Shown: piece after piece, positions 54,398 through 64,000 of the stretch
How positions within the stretch are numbered: position 1 is the first letter of the stretch
Layout: each line of letters starts with the position of its first letter
Assembly: GCA_051047955.1 (NCBI GenBank)
Contig: JBPGPT010000003.1
Location: forward strand, 496,001 to 560,000
Source of the DNA: Cystobasidiomycetes sp. EMM_F5
Taxonomy: Eukaryota
Reading direction: 5' to 3'
DNA length: 64,000 bases
Made by a program: the position numbers and the translations under genes
The notes under the pieces: generated by a model
Seen by the model: the letters and a program-made list of their open reading frames with translations, nothing else
What the model was told of the DNA's origin: nothing
Database searches by the model: none

Positions 54398-54940
54398 AGT
54401 TGGCTAGGTAGGCCAGCTGGACTTGAGGCTGTACGCCGTGAGCAGAATGTGTTTATGTCCAGCCTTGCGACTGTTTCTCCTTCCCGCCGTCCACAAGTTC
54501 TCCGCAGCCCAGCCCGCCCGGTTCACAAGAGTAGTCGCGCAAACGAGCGAGGCCGGTTCAACGCGGTTTTACAGAGTCGCACACAGCTGTGGATGCAGCG
54601 GGGATGCGTGTGTATGTTTGCAGGATGAGTCGTAGAGGAGGAGAAAAGTGCACGCTAAAGTGATCATCGATCCCTCCTCGCAGTGCAGTGAGGGTGGGAA
54701 TTGCTCGTATGGCTGGACCGGACCTGAAATGGGTGGCAAATGGTAGACTCGCAAACGGGACAGACACTACAGGACGTCACAAGGCATAAGGTACAACGAC
54801 TGCGAGAGCTACACTATGTTGCGAGATTCAATTAGGTCAGGTCTGCACAAATGTTGAGAGAAAGCAATACAATCAGTCAGTTTGCAAATAATGCACCCGC
54901 GAAAAATAAAGCGAGACAGCGAGCGTGAAGGGACTGTGGT

Positions 54941-55371
54941 ATGTCAGCAAAGCCTGTAATTAAAATCCTGAGCGCTATCACGGCCAGTCACGCGTTATCG
55001 GCACGCTGGCTGACCCTTCCTGTGTGCCAGAATATGGACACCTGACCCAAAGCCAAGCGCTTTCCAGTACATCACAACGCGCCAACTGCAGCGGAACTCG
55101 GTCATATTACGTATTAATCAAGCAAAATGCATCGACATAGTCGGCGACGCGAACGCCACCTTTCTGATGATGCAAGTACTCTTTCTCACGTAATACGACC
55201 GAGTCTGCCGAAACAGCTGAGCGAAGGATGACACTGTAATCACACTGTCAAGGACTGCAGAAGTACCGTATTCCGGCAGGACAGTCCGCCATGCGCGACA
55301 AGCAAGACCGGCCTTTGTGCAAGCGCGTGTATCATAGAATGGATTTAGCGATTGTGTTTTCATCGGACGAG
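54941..55371 (-). ncRNA. Very long (about 430 nt) box C/D RNA with SNORD17-type LSU guide
   Basis: Box C CCGAUGA (55366-55360); guide AAUCCAUUC plus D' AUGA (55335-55332); 17-bp stem; box D CUGA (54947-54944), 67 nt from the branch site. Confidence 0.62.
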
Positions 55372-55561
55372 ATGGCGTGTAGGACGAGGAGAATGACTCG
55401 AAAAAGAAATGCCGACGTACCAGTTTGTAAGCCCTTCAAGTTGCTTCACTCTCGCATGTACATTCATCTGCAAGCTGCGCAATTTCTGCCGAAACGCAAA
55501 TCAGCATATGGCCCATATACAGATGACGAGTGATGAGATGCGACAAAGGGAATGCAATGAG

Positions 55562-55678
55562 AGATCAGACATTGGTAAGCTATTGGTAAAAGGAGTTGGC
55601 TGCATTTCGCTAGATTCCACGCTGGAAACAGCAATCAGAAGCAGAACTGATTATTGATATTTTACTGTCATCAGGAAA
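55562..55678 (-). ncRNA. SNR61: Box C/D snoRNA snR61/SNORD38 (yeast 25S Am1133 equivalent)
   Basis: Box C UGAUGA (55673-55668). Guide CAGUUCUGCUU before D' CUGA (55638-55635) pairs with LSU AAGCAGAACUG, and the +5 rule gives the known Am. Box D at 55568-55565. Confidence 0.9.
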
Positions 55679-55693
55679 GAAGGAAGGGGACGG

Positions 55694-55716
55694 GAACGAG
55701 AACGAGAACGAGAACG
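55694..55716 (+). repeat. (GAACGA)~4 microsatellite in host intron 2
   Basis: gaacga gaacga gaacga gaacg. Confidence 0.85.
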
Positions 55717-55880
55717 GTCTGTATGTATAGTGAAACGTATCAAAACTTACTGGTCAAATTCCATCCGAACGACTTCCTGTGCAATAACGAAACGTTCTGG
55801 TGAAGTATGTAGAGAAAGACGCAGCGTCAGCGTGCTCTTCTATGCACCGCTGCTTCCAACAAACGTGTTGAGCGAGTACA

Positions 55881-56010
55881 AACTCAGTTGGTGGTACATG
55901 AATAAAGCGAACATTCCCAATCCTCCGCCCTTGCAGGCAAGAAGACAGCGGGTATCATAGAGCTAATTTCGTGATATGCAACGGTTTAGGCTGCACAATT
56001 CATCAAAGAC
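55881..56010 (-). ncRNA. SNR55: Box C/D snoRNA snR55/SNORD33 (yeast 18S Um1269 equivalent)
   Basis: Box C UGAUGA (56005-56000). Guide CAUGUACCACCA before D CUGA (55887-55884) pairs with SSU UGGUGGUGCAUG (one G-U), and the +5 rule gives the known Um. Confidence 0.87.
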
Positions 56011-56583
56011 GGGGAGGTGTGGAATTTGAAATCGAAGACGGTGCGTGCGTTTTCCAAGCAGAAAACTCACAGTCGGTAAGTGCAGACGATGTGGGCGTTG
56101 CACTCGTATAATAGCGGATCATAAGGTGTCGTTACGGGGCGAAAGTCAATGTCGACGCACTCCCATGCTCGGTCGTCGGTAAGTTTAAAGGCAGGCTGCG
56201 GCTTGAAATTTTGGATCGAAACTAGGATGCGACCTCTGACCAGCCTGCGCGACCGAGCTTTTGTTTGGACTAAAGGCGTGTTCTGCGACTTCTCGTGAAG
56301 CTCTACGCTCCATTCCAAAGCCTGACCAGCTGGTTGTGCTTCTTGCTGAGTCAGTTTGAATCCAACTTTAGGCCTTCGTTCGAGGCCGTCTGCGCTTTGA
56401 CCCTGGAGCAACTTGTCGCGGATCCGAACTGAGCTTCCAAGGGCAGCCAGTCTGACTGCAGACTTCTTGGACATCGGACATTAAGGCCAAGCACCCATAA
56501 TCAGAAGATACGCGTCAATTGCAGCAAGTACGGCCAGGTGTTCTTCCAGCATTCACGGTCGAGCACACCTCTGAACCACCAGC

Positions 56584-58200
56584 ATGTCGTGGAGATGTGA
56601 GTACTTTTCAATACATGCAGTCAAAAGCACCGTTGCTCTAGCTGACTATCGTACACCCGCTCGCCCTTCCTCGTCCACAGCAAACTCCCAGCGGACCGGC
56701 GCAAATGAGGCACCTCTAGCAAACCAGCGAGGCTGGGGAGGCGGAGGGGGTGGACCACCCAGTGGAGGCAGGCCACAGGATGGTTACGGTGGACAATCAT
56801 CCTACGCTCCGCCTCCCATGTCTGGCGGTGGACCTCCCGGCGAGAGGAAGCGAAAATCACGATGGGGTGACGAAAACGACAAGATTCAAGTAGCAGGTCT
56901 TCCTACTGCCATCAGTGGTGATGTCAACAGCAAGGATTTGGAGAATTATGCCGTACATCTGCGTCTCGAGGAGATTGGCAGAAAATTGAGGTCGGGAGAT
57001 GTAGTCCCGCCTGAACGTGAACGTTCCCCATCCCCTCCTCCCACATACGACCACCAGGGCAGACGTACCAACACGAGAGATATCAGATATCGCAAAAAGC
57101 TAGAGGATGAGCGCAACAGGCTCGTCGACCGCGCTATGCGCTCCGACCCAAACTACAAACCTCCAACAGAGTACCTCATGGCAAAGAGGATGGGCGGCAG
57201 ACCATCTGAGAAGATCTACCTACCCGTCAAAGAGTTTCCAGAGATCAAATGGATCGGTCTCGTCCTCGGACCCCGTGGAAATTCGCTCAAGCAGATGGAG
57301 CGCGAAACGGGCGCCAAGATTGTCATTCGAGGCAAAGGTTCCACAAAGGAAGGCAAGACATCGTATGGTAACCGTGCACAGGATGAAGATGACGAGCTGC
57401 ATTGTAACATCACCGCCGACACGCAAGAAAAAGTCGACGCATGCGTCAAGCTGGTCAATCGAGTCATTCAGACTGCTGCATCCATGCCAGATGAGCAGAA
57501 TGAACACAAGCGAATGCAGCTTCGTGAGCTGGCCATGCTCAACGGTACGCTCCGAGACGACGAAAACCAGCCATGCCAGAACTGCGGTAAAGTCGGTCAT
57601 CGCAAGTACGACTGTCCCGAGCAGCGCAACTTTACAGCAAACGTCGTTTGTCGAAACTGTGGTGGTATGGGACACATGGCAAGAGACTGTATCGCTCATC
57701 GCAACAAGGCAGCTGGAGAAGCTACCCCTCAATTCGATAGCGAGTATTCTGCGCTCATGGCAGAATTAGGTGAAGGTCCTCCAGGTGGAGCTTCAGGACC
57801 TGCAGGAGGCAACAACCCAGGCGGCCCTGATGTAGGTGGTCAGGGCTACAATGCCGCACCACCAGCCCAGCCTCTCAAGGCCCTCCCGCCATGGCGCATC
57901 CCGTCCAACTGGCATCCACCCCAGCCTCCCAATCAAGGACCTGGTGGTCGTGGTGGTGGAGGGTACACATACACTCCAGTCGGACCACAGCCAGGCGCTG
58001 CAGGAGGATACGGTGGTTATGAACAACCCGGTGCAGCTGGATACGGAGGACAGCAGACCGGTGGTGCCGGATACGACTATTCTTCCTACTACAGCAGCGG
58101 TCAGCAGACTGGATACGGCCAGCAAGATGGCTATCCACCTGCAGCTGGCTACGCTCAAGCACCGGCCTATGGTACACCAGCTGCAGGATATGGCTATTAA
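56584..58200 (+). CDS. MSL5: Branchpoint-binding protein BBP/SF1
   Basis: RKRKSRWG, RSPSPPPTYD, KH-QUA2 domain (GPRGNSLK), two CCHC zinc knuckles, Gly/Tyr/Pro-rich tail. Confidence 0.97.
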   Translation: MSWRCEYFSIHAVKSTVALADYRTPARPSSSTANSQRTGANEAPLANQRGWGGGGGGPPSGGRPQDGYGGQSSYAPPPMSGGGPPGERKRKSRWGDENDKIQVAGLPTAISGDVNSKDLENYAVHLRLEEIGRKLRSGDVVPPERERSPSPPPTYDHQGRRTNTRDIRYRKKLEDERNRLVDRAMRSDPNYKPPTEYLMAKRMGGRPSEKIYLPVKEFPEIKWIGLVLGPRGNSLKQMERETGAKIVIRGKGSTKEGKTSYGNRAQDEDDELHCNITADTQEKVDACVKLVNRVIQTAASMPDEQNEHKRMQLRELAMLNGTLRDDENQPCQNCGKVGHRKYDCPEQRNFTANVVCRNCGGMGHMARDCIAHRNKAAGEATPQFDSEYSALMAELGEGPPGGASGPAGGNNPGGPDVGGQGYNAAPPAQPLKALPPWRIPSNWHPPQPPNQGPGGRGGGGYTYTPVGPQPGAAGGYGGYEQPGAAGYGGQQTGGAGYDYSSYYSSGQQTGYGQQDGYPPAAGYAQAPAYGTPAAGYGY

Positions 58201-58662
58201 TCTGAACGCAAGGCGTCGGCAACGTAAGAAGCCAGCGGTCGACGCACCAACGTACATAGCCATCGTTAGGAGGTGTCTTCGAGGTTGCTCCCACCGGCTT
58301 GCTCTGTCCCGCGTCTTCTGCCTCTGACAATCAAATTTGTGTTTACTTGTTAGGTTGTACGGTCGATGTACGAGTAGATACTAACAGCGTCAGTCCATTG
58401 AAGTTCTCCTTGAGTCCTTTTACCTGGCCTTTCAATCTTTGCTTCATCCTGTAGTTTGACGTTTGTCTACTGATTCATCGATGAAATCAATCGTTACGTT
58501 ATCGGCAGTTCAACAGCATGCTTGCTCTAGACCACTCTGCCAATTGTCTGATCCAACGCATGTATGCACCGAAGATGCGGTAACATTAGCTATTCCCTAC
58601 TTGCTCGCACATTACCCTTCACTCCCTTTCGTTATATTCATACCTCTGTCAAGCTTGCCAGA

Positions 58663-60436
58663 ATGAAGGCATTAGATCTGAAACCCCCGGTCAACCGAGG
58701 AATGACGTTGGAAACCTTTGACAAGGATGCATTCTCATTGCGGATACCTACCTTGGCTGCAAGAGTGCCGACGAACTTGGTTGGCAGTATGCGCAAAAAA
58801 TTGGAAGGGTGTGTATGTAATGCCGCAAGACTGCGATATGACAGGAGCAGCCACTGACTTCTTGCCGAACAATTGATCCATCATCGTACAGAGCAACACT
58901 TCTTCTCCCAAGAGTGTCTACTGTCATCGAAGACCCGCAATCTAGCGATTCAAAGCTACTATTATTGAACAAGCCAGAATCTGGTATTTTATCAAGCAGG
59001 ACAGATGTGATGTCGCATTGCTGACAGGCTTCATACTCATAGACCAGCTGCCGACCGAATGCCTCGATGTTCTTGAACGAACTGGCATTCAGATCACTCA
59101 GCATACCGTCACCCTCGGGTACGATTATTGGACTGCCAGTAGGCACATTTGCAGTCTCACATGCAGTGGTTTCATCCAACTGTGTTTTCCATAGATCAGA
59201 TTCTTCGCTCTGTACTGCCTGAAGACCTCCTCGATGATACGCCAGCTTCCTTCACCTCAGTGGGGCACATAGGTAAGCTGGTACTTCCTGCTGCAGGAGT
59301 ACGCTCTGATCGCCCCTTGTGGACAGCTCACTTCAATATACGTGAAGAGTTTCTCCCTTACAAGTATCTGATTGGTCGTGTGATATTGGACAAGAATGCC
59401 ACAATACAGACGGTGGTCAACAAAGTGGATAATATAGAAAATGAATTTCGTTTCTTTCCGATGGAGGTGCTTGCGGGAAAGCCAGACTACGAAGTTGAAG
59501 TTTCCGAAGAAGGATGCAAATTCCGATTCGACTTCAGCAAAGTCTACTGGAATTCAAGACTACAAGCAGAGCATGCACGGCTTGTCGAGACATTCAAGCG
59601 CGAGGACGTAATCGCGGATGGTTTCGCAGGAGTAGGACCTTTTGCAATCCCCGCTGCCAGAAAAGGATGCTTGGGAGTATATGCAAACGATCTCAACCCT
59701 GCCAGTGCATCAGCCTTACGTGACAACTCTGTCCTGAACAAAGTGGAGCACAATATGCGCATCGCAAACATGGACGGCGGCGAGTTCTTTCGACAGTCCG
59801 TGGTGGACGCCTATAAAGATCCTTTCATCGCACCCAAACCAAAACTTTCAAATATGCAGCTCAGAAAGCTACGAAATCGTTCAGGCATAGCCGAATCTAA
59901 CGCTGGACAAGTTGCGCAAACATCAATAACATCTACTGTTTCCAATACCGCTCCAGGCACGGCTTTAGGCTCCTTCATAGATCACTTCGTCCTGAACCTA
60001 CCTGCAACTGCTATTGATCTCCTTGGATGCTTTCAAGGTTTATACCGGCCATTATATGGCGACTCTGCTAAGAAGAAAGTGGAAGTGATCGCTGCTCTGG
60101 TGGCCTATTCGAGAGCTCGCGGGCAGATGGAGAAACTACGGTTGCCGATGGTGCATTGTTACTGTTTCACCAAGGAAGTGGACACTTATGAAGCAGACAT
60201 CAACAAGGTGAGATTTCATTGCCCTATGCCAGGCACGGATCTGTTCTGAAACTTCCGCATAGCGCGCTGCCGCATCTCTGGGCTATGCAATTGCTCGCGA
60301 TACTGTGCAAGACTACAGCGTCTCGTTAGTCAGGTCAGTTGCACCGAAAAAAGACATGTACAGGCTGTCTTTCAGACTTCCTGGCGAAGTTGTGTTCCAA
60401 TCAGATTGGTCTGAAATTTCCGCTACGGCTTCATGA
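58663..60436 (+). CDS. TRM5: tRNA (guanine-37-N1)-methyltransferase
   Basis: GHIAHFNIR, FRFFPMEVLAG, FDFSKVYWNSRLQAEH, FAGVGPFAIPA, ANDLNP, VRSVAPKK. Confidence 0.96.
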
Positions 60437-60615
60437 TGGCTTGCATGTGTTCATTAATATTATTGCTGTCGTTGTATATCTATAGCTAACCGACACGTAA
60501 TGTGTGCAAGTATATAAGGTTCTTAAAGCCAATCTAATCGTACATAGTACGTAATCAAACATTCGCGAAGCCCATAGCAGTCGGTGAAAATCGCGATTTG
60601 GTAATTATGATGTTA

Positions 60616-63600
60616 TCAGTAGGCCCTGCCCTTGCCCTTATCTACGAAGCCAGCTTGTTCCCAATCTCGGCTCGATTTGCTTAATTGCGCCCTGATTCGA
60701 GCGTACGCGTCACCTTCCTCATCCGAAGATACATCATCTTGTTGACTGTTGCGAGTCGCCCACTCGCTAACGTACGGGGTAGCTGTGTTTACGCCATTAA
60801 TCTGCGCAGGTCCTCCTGCATTGGGATATGAGGCTTCGCCGAGCTTCGTGTCGCTTGCCAAGCGAACAGATTTGCGCCTCTCGCTTGAATTACTACCGAC
60901 GGAAAGAATGGATGCGGGTGGTTTAGGCGGGGCAAGAATGGATGATGGTCTTGTAGCCGGCTTCAATGCCGAAGCAGTGAGAGCTGGGCTGGTAGCAGAT
61001 GTACGCAATGGTGTAGCTGCACTCGACGGAGTCAGACCGGCATTACCCCCAGCAATGTTGGCACTAGTCGAGCTCTTCTTGACAGTCTTCTTCTTCTTCA
61101 AAGGCTCGGCAGATGGAGCGGGAAGCGTTCCAAGTGTGGCAGGACCGGTCGTTGTAGCAGATGCGGCTGGGTTCTTTGCGCTAGGCAAATGCATGCCTGC
61201 CGTGGCGCTGGGCTGCGAAGAAGGCGCGACTACGCTCATCAAGCTGGGGGTCGTGCGAGTGACACGTTGGGCGGGAGTCTGCAAGACGGTCCCAGTCGTA
61301 CCACGAAGGTGTGCGCTAGTGGCGAGTGCTACAGCAGCCCCGGCATCGTATGGCGAGGAAGAGATCGTTGCCGCCCGTTTCTTCTTTTTGACGGTTGTAG
61401 TGCCGTCTACCGAGGCAGGAGCAGCTGCTGTCGACTTAACGGACGACTTCCGCTTGATAGCGCTGGTCGTTGCACTCCGCGGCATGCCAACATCCGACAT
61501 GGCCTTCTGCCTCTCCCTCTCCGGAGGAGGCACCCAAGAACGGCTTGTGGGAATGACACGCGGTGCGCTTCTTGTATCCAAGGCGGCCCAGTCGACAGAT
61601 GTCGGAGCTGGCCGTCCAATATTAGTATTGTAGACCTTGACAAGAGACTTGCGGTTGGGAACATCAGAATCTGATCCATCATCACGTTTCGCCGAAGATT
61701 TCTTCGAAGCACCCGAGTTCTTGCGGATTCTCGGACTAGTCTGAGGTGTCTCGTCGTCGTCATCGACGTATCTCTGCGAAGCTGTGATGTCGCGCTTCTT
61801 GAAGAGGCCAGTCAGGGCACCCATAAAGCCCTTGTGCTCAGTCTCAGATCGGATCTTGCTGTGACGTTTATCGCCGCCTTTCTCAGTTCTTCCACCCACA
61901 GTCGACTCTCCAGCATCACTGCGTTGGTACACGGCGTTACTCTTGGGTACGCGAGCGGTGTGAAGTTTTCTGCTTGTAGAACCGCCAAATCGGGATGACC
62001 CATCAACGCTTTCGTTGTCCTCCGACTTGCCTCGTCTAGATCCACCTCGAGCACTCCTCGAGCCTGCATGGCTGCGTAACTGACCGACCTCGTCGAGTTC
62101 CTCGTCAGAATCGTCCTGCGTTACTCGATAGCTTGTGGTCCGCGTGTCAGAGCTTGGCAGGAAGAGCGTAGCTTCTGGTGCGGTACGCTTTTTATGCGCG
62201 TCGAGCGAGTATTGAGTAGCGCTCGGCAAAGCTAGAGGAGGCGTTGCAAGATCGCCATAGGAACCAGCCGCGGAACCCGTTTGAAGTGCTGCGAAGCGCT
62301 GTTGCCGCTCTTCAGCAGTCTCACGTCGCGGTGCGGTAGCCGCTGCCGACGTAGTCCCAGGTGCAGGTGCAGACGAGACCCGCTTGCGGGAGGCTCCATT
62401 GACTAGCAGACCCGCATCTTCACCAAATTGCGTTGCTCTTGGAGTAGTATTTGCGGATGACACTTGCACTTGCGGTGCCGTAGCCATTGGCTGCAGAGTC
62501 CGAGCAGAAGTATCGCCTGGCGAGGTAGTAGAACCATTCTGCTGGGTCGGGAAGGGCATCTGAGAGGCGGTTGGCTGAGAAGCACGCTCCGCTGCAGCTG
62601 CCTTCTCAGCCCTCTCACGAGCCTTCTGCTCTGCAATTTCCGCGGGTTTCAGCGGCTTATTGACGTGCACCTGAAACCGCTTGGCGTCGAGCCCGTCAAC
62701 ACCGCCTTCGTCAGACGAGCCACCTCGTTCTTCCTCGTTCTCTTCTTGAATAGGTGCAGTTGCACCGAGCATGCGCGATTCGTGCGTTCTCGATCCCTCG
62801 TCTTCATAGCCGTATTCGCTGTAATCATCCGGGTAACCTGCGGCTTTGCGAGCCATCTGCGAGGCCGAATGCGAAGGTGCTATGACTGAGCCTTCTGGTG
62901 ACTGGAAGATGACCGATCCGTCCATGGTTCGGCTGTCTCGAAAGCGAGTGGATGGCGTTGTTGGCGCAAGCGATTGCGGTGCCTGTGAAGGAACCGGTGC
63001 AGGCTGGAATTGTTGTTGCTGCTGATTCCCAAGGCGCAAGTCGGCTGTAATAGACGAAGACTTCGTCAAACTAGGGTAAGAAGGAATCGCACTTCGATAA
63101 CACATACTCATGCTCCCGCCGTCAATACCAGGCTCAAGACTATCGAGGATCTGCATGCTCTTGTCTGCAGTCGAACGCCATACATCCGCGAGCTGCGCCA
63201 TTGCTCGCATTCTCATTCGTAGAGCTTCTCTGAAAATACGACGCTTGACGCCGACAAGAGCCCGTTCTTCACTCTTGAGGGTAGACTCGCATGCTGCTAA
63301 TTCTGCTCTTGCCTCTTCAAGTTTGGCATTGTGTGACTCCAAGGCAGACTCGGAGTTTGGTGTTCTCTTGCTGTTTAGCTTTACGAGCTGAAGGCAGGAG
63401 GAAGGCGACGTTGGCTAAAGTTGCTTGCTTGTCCAGACTAGTCTGCAATAACTCACCCGGCTAACAAAGATATCACGATCTCGCAAGATGATACGAATCT
63501 CCTGCTCGCGTGCGGCAACGTCTTTGAGGGAAGCGCGGTAGTTTTGCAGGCTTATGAGGTATGTCTTTTGGGCATCCGCTGCGTCATCGAACAGCTCGCA

Positions 63601-63861
63601 GACTCTGTTTGAGACGGTCAGGACATCGGCTGTTGCAGGGTAATCCAAGTCAGGAGAAGTCGTTGGTATACTCGGTATTGAGCCAATTCGCTCACGAGAG
63701 TCTCCAGTGTCTGCCGCCGCCCATCCATTCAGAGCATTCGTCGCATTCTCGCAGGATGCTGTATACGTCTTGAACGAGTCGTGGGCTTCCTTCTCCGCTT
63801 TGACGAGGTTGACCAGTAGCCGACTATCGTACGGCGCGCTCCCTCCCCTGCCTAGCACCAT
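60616..63861 (-). CDS. Protein with N-terminal Pil1/Lsp1-like helical (BAR-type) domain and long disordered tail
   Basis: DSRLLVNLVKAEK...LKDVAAREQEI...RDRDIFVSRL...ELAACE...KRRIFREAL helical region, followed by about 800 aa of low complexity. Confidence 0.65.
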
Positions 63862-64000
63862 GACGGTCTACGCTTTCTGCTGGAAATGCAGCGGGATGGC
63901 TGAACGAGCTCTGAGGTTGCTGCAGAGTGTCAAGCTTGCGCAGTCTGAGCAGGTGAAGGCAATCAGGTCGACGAACGTGAGAGCTGCAATCTCGAGTAAT

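Larger units (their letters stand above)
54843..56474 (-). other. snoRNA host gene with three snoRNA-bearing introns; coding status uncertain
   Basis: Introns 56070-55797 (GTGAGT...CTGAC...CAG), 55750-55486 (GTAAGT...CTGAT...CAG) and 55420-54843 (GTACGT...CTGAC...CAG); internal exons of 46 and 65 nt. Confidence 0.75.

Noticed and set aside
55165..55171. Plus-strand TGATGA motifs (also near 55531)
   Set aside because: No matching guide and box D pair; splice signals and G-U bias indicate the minus strand.
54941..55371. Telomerase RNA, snR30/U17, RNase P/MRP, SRP, U3 or U4 as the identity of the long intronic RNA
   Set aside because: No CCCUAA-type template, no m1/m2 pair, no P4 consensus, no SRP helix 8, no U3 boxes A/B and no U4 stem I or Sm site were seen.
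54941..55371. Composite C/D-H/ACA RNA that also guides pseudouridine at the same U
   Set aside because: No pocket sequences (UUAAUC / UUCAUG) in a suitable hairpin.
2260..60436. Apparent clustering of RNA-processing genes (CFT1, MAK21, PRP3, MSL5, TRM5)
   Set aside because: They are interspersed with unrelated genes, which is plausible by chance in a compact genome.
60749..61633. 294-aa antisense ORF
   Set aside because: Shadow of low-complexity coding sequence; non-ATG start.
1..64000. Transposons, CRISPR arrays, tRNA or rRNA genes
   Set aside because: No transposase, reverse transcriptase, terminal repeats, repeat-spacer arrays, cloverleafs or rDNA seen.

Overview
Compact, intron-rich fungal genomic DNA (short GT-AG introns with CTRAY branch sites; gene content suggests a basidiomycete, possibly Pucciniomycotina). 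About 24 protein-coding genes can be reconstructed by eye. Recognisable ones: KRE6/SKN1 (truncated by the window start), CFT1, a paraoxonase-like propeller, a glycerol-3-phosphate acyltransferase, two tandem F-box genes, MAK21, a CIA30-domain gene, an Ace2/Swi5-type zinc-finger factor, PRP3, MAD1, mitochondrial EF-G1, MSL5/BBP and TRM5. Others: a tetraspan membrane protein, two paralogous multi-TM orphans flanking a secreted alpha/beta hydrolase, a ricin-B-like secreted protein and a Pil1-like BAR protein. The most notable signal is invisible in the ORF track. A minus-strand, three-intron transcript (about 54.8-56.5 kb, head-to-head with MSL5) carries one box C/D RNA per intron: snR55, snR61 and a roughly 430-nt structured RNA. 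The long RNA has a SNORD17-type LSU rRNA guide and an 11-nt element complementary to U6 snRNA. Exon boundaries were read by eye, and rRNA/snRNA targets come from recalled conserved sequences rather than alignments.
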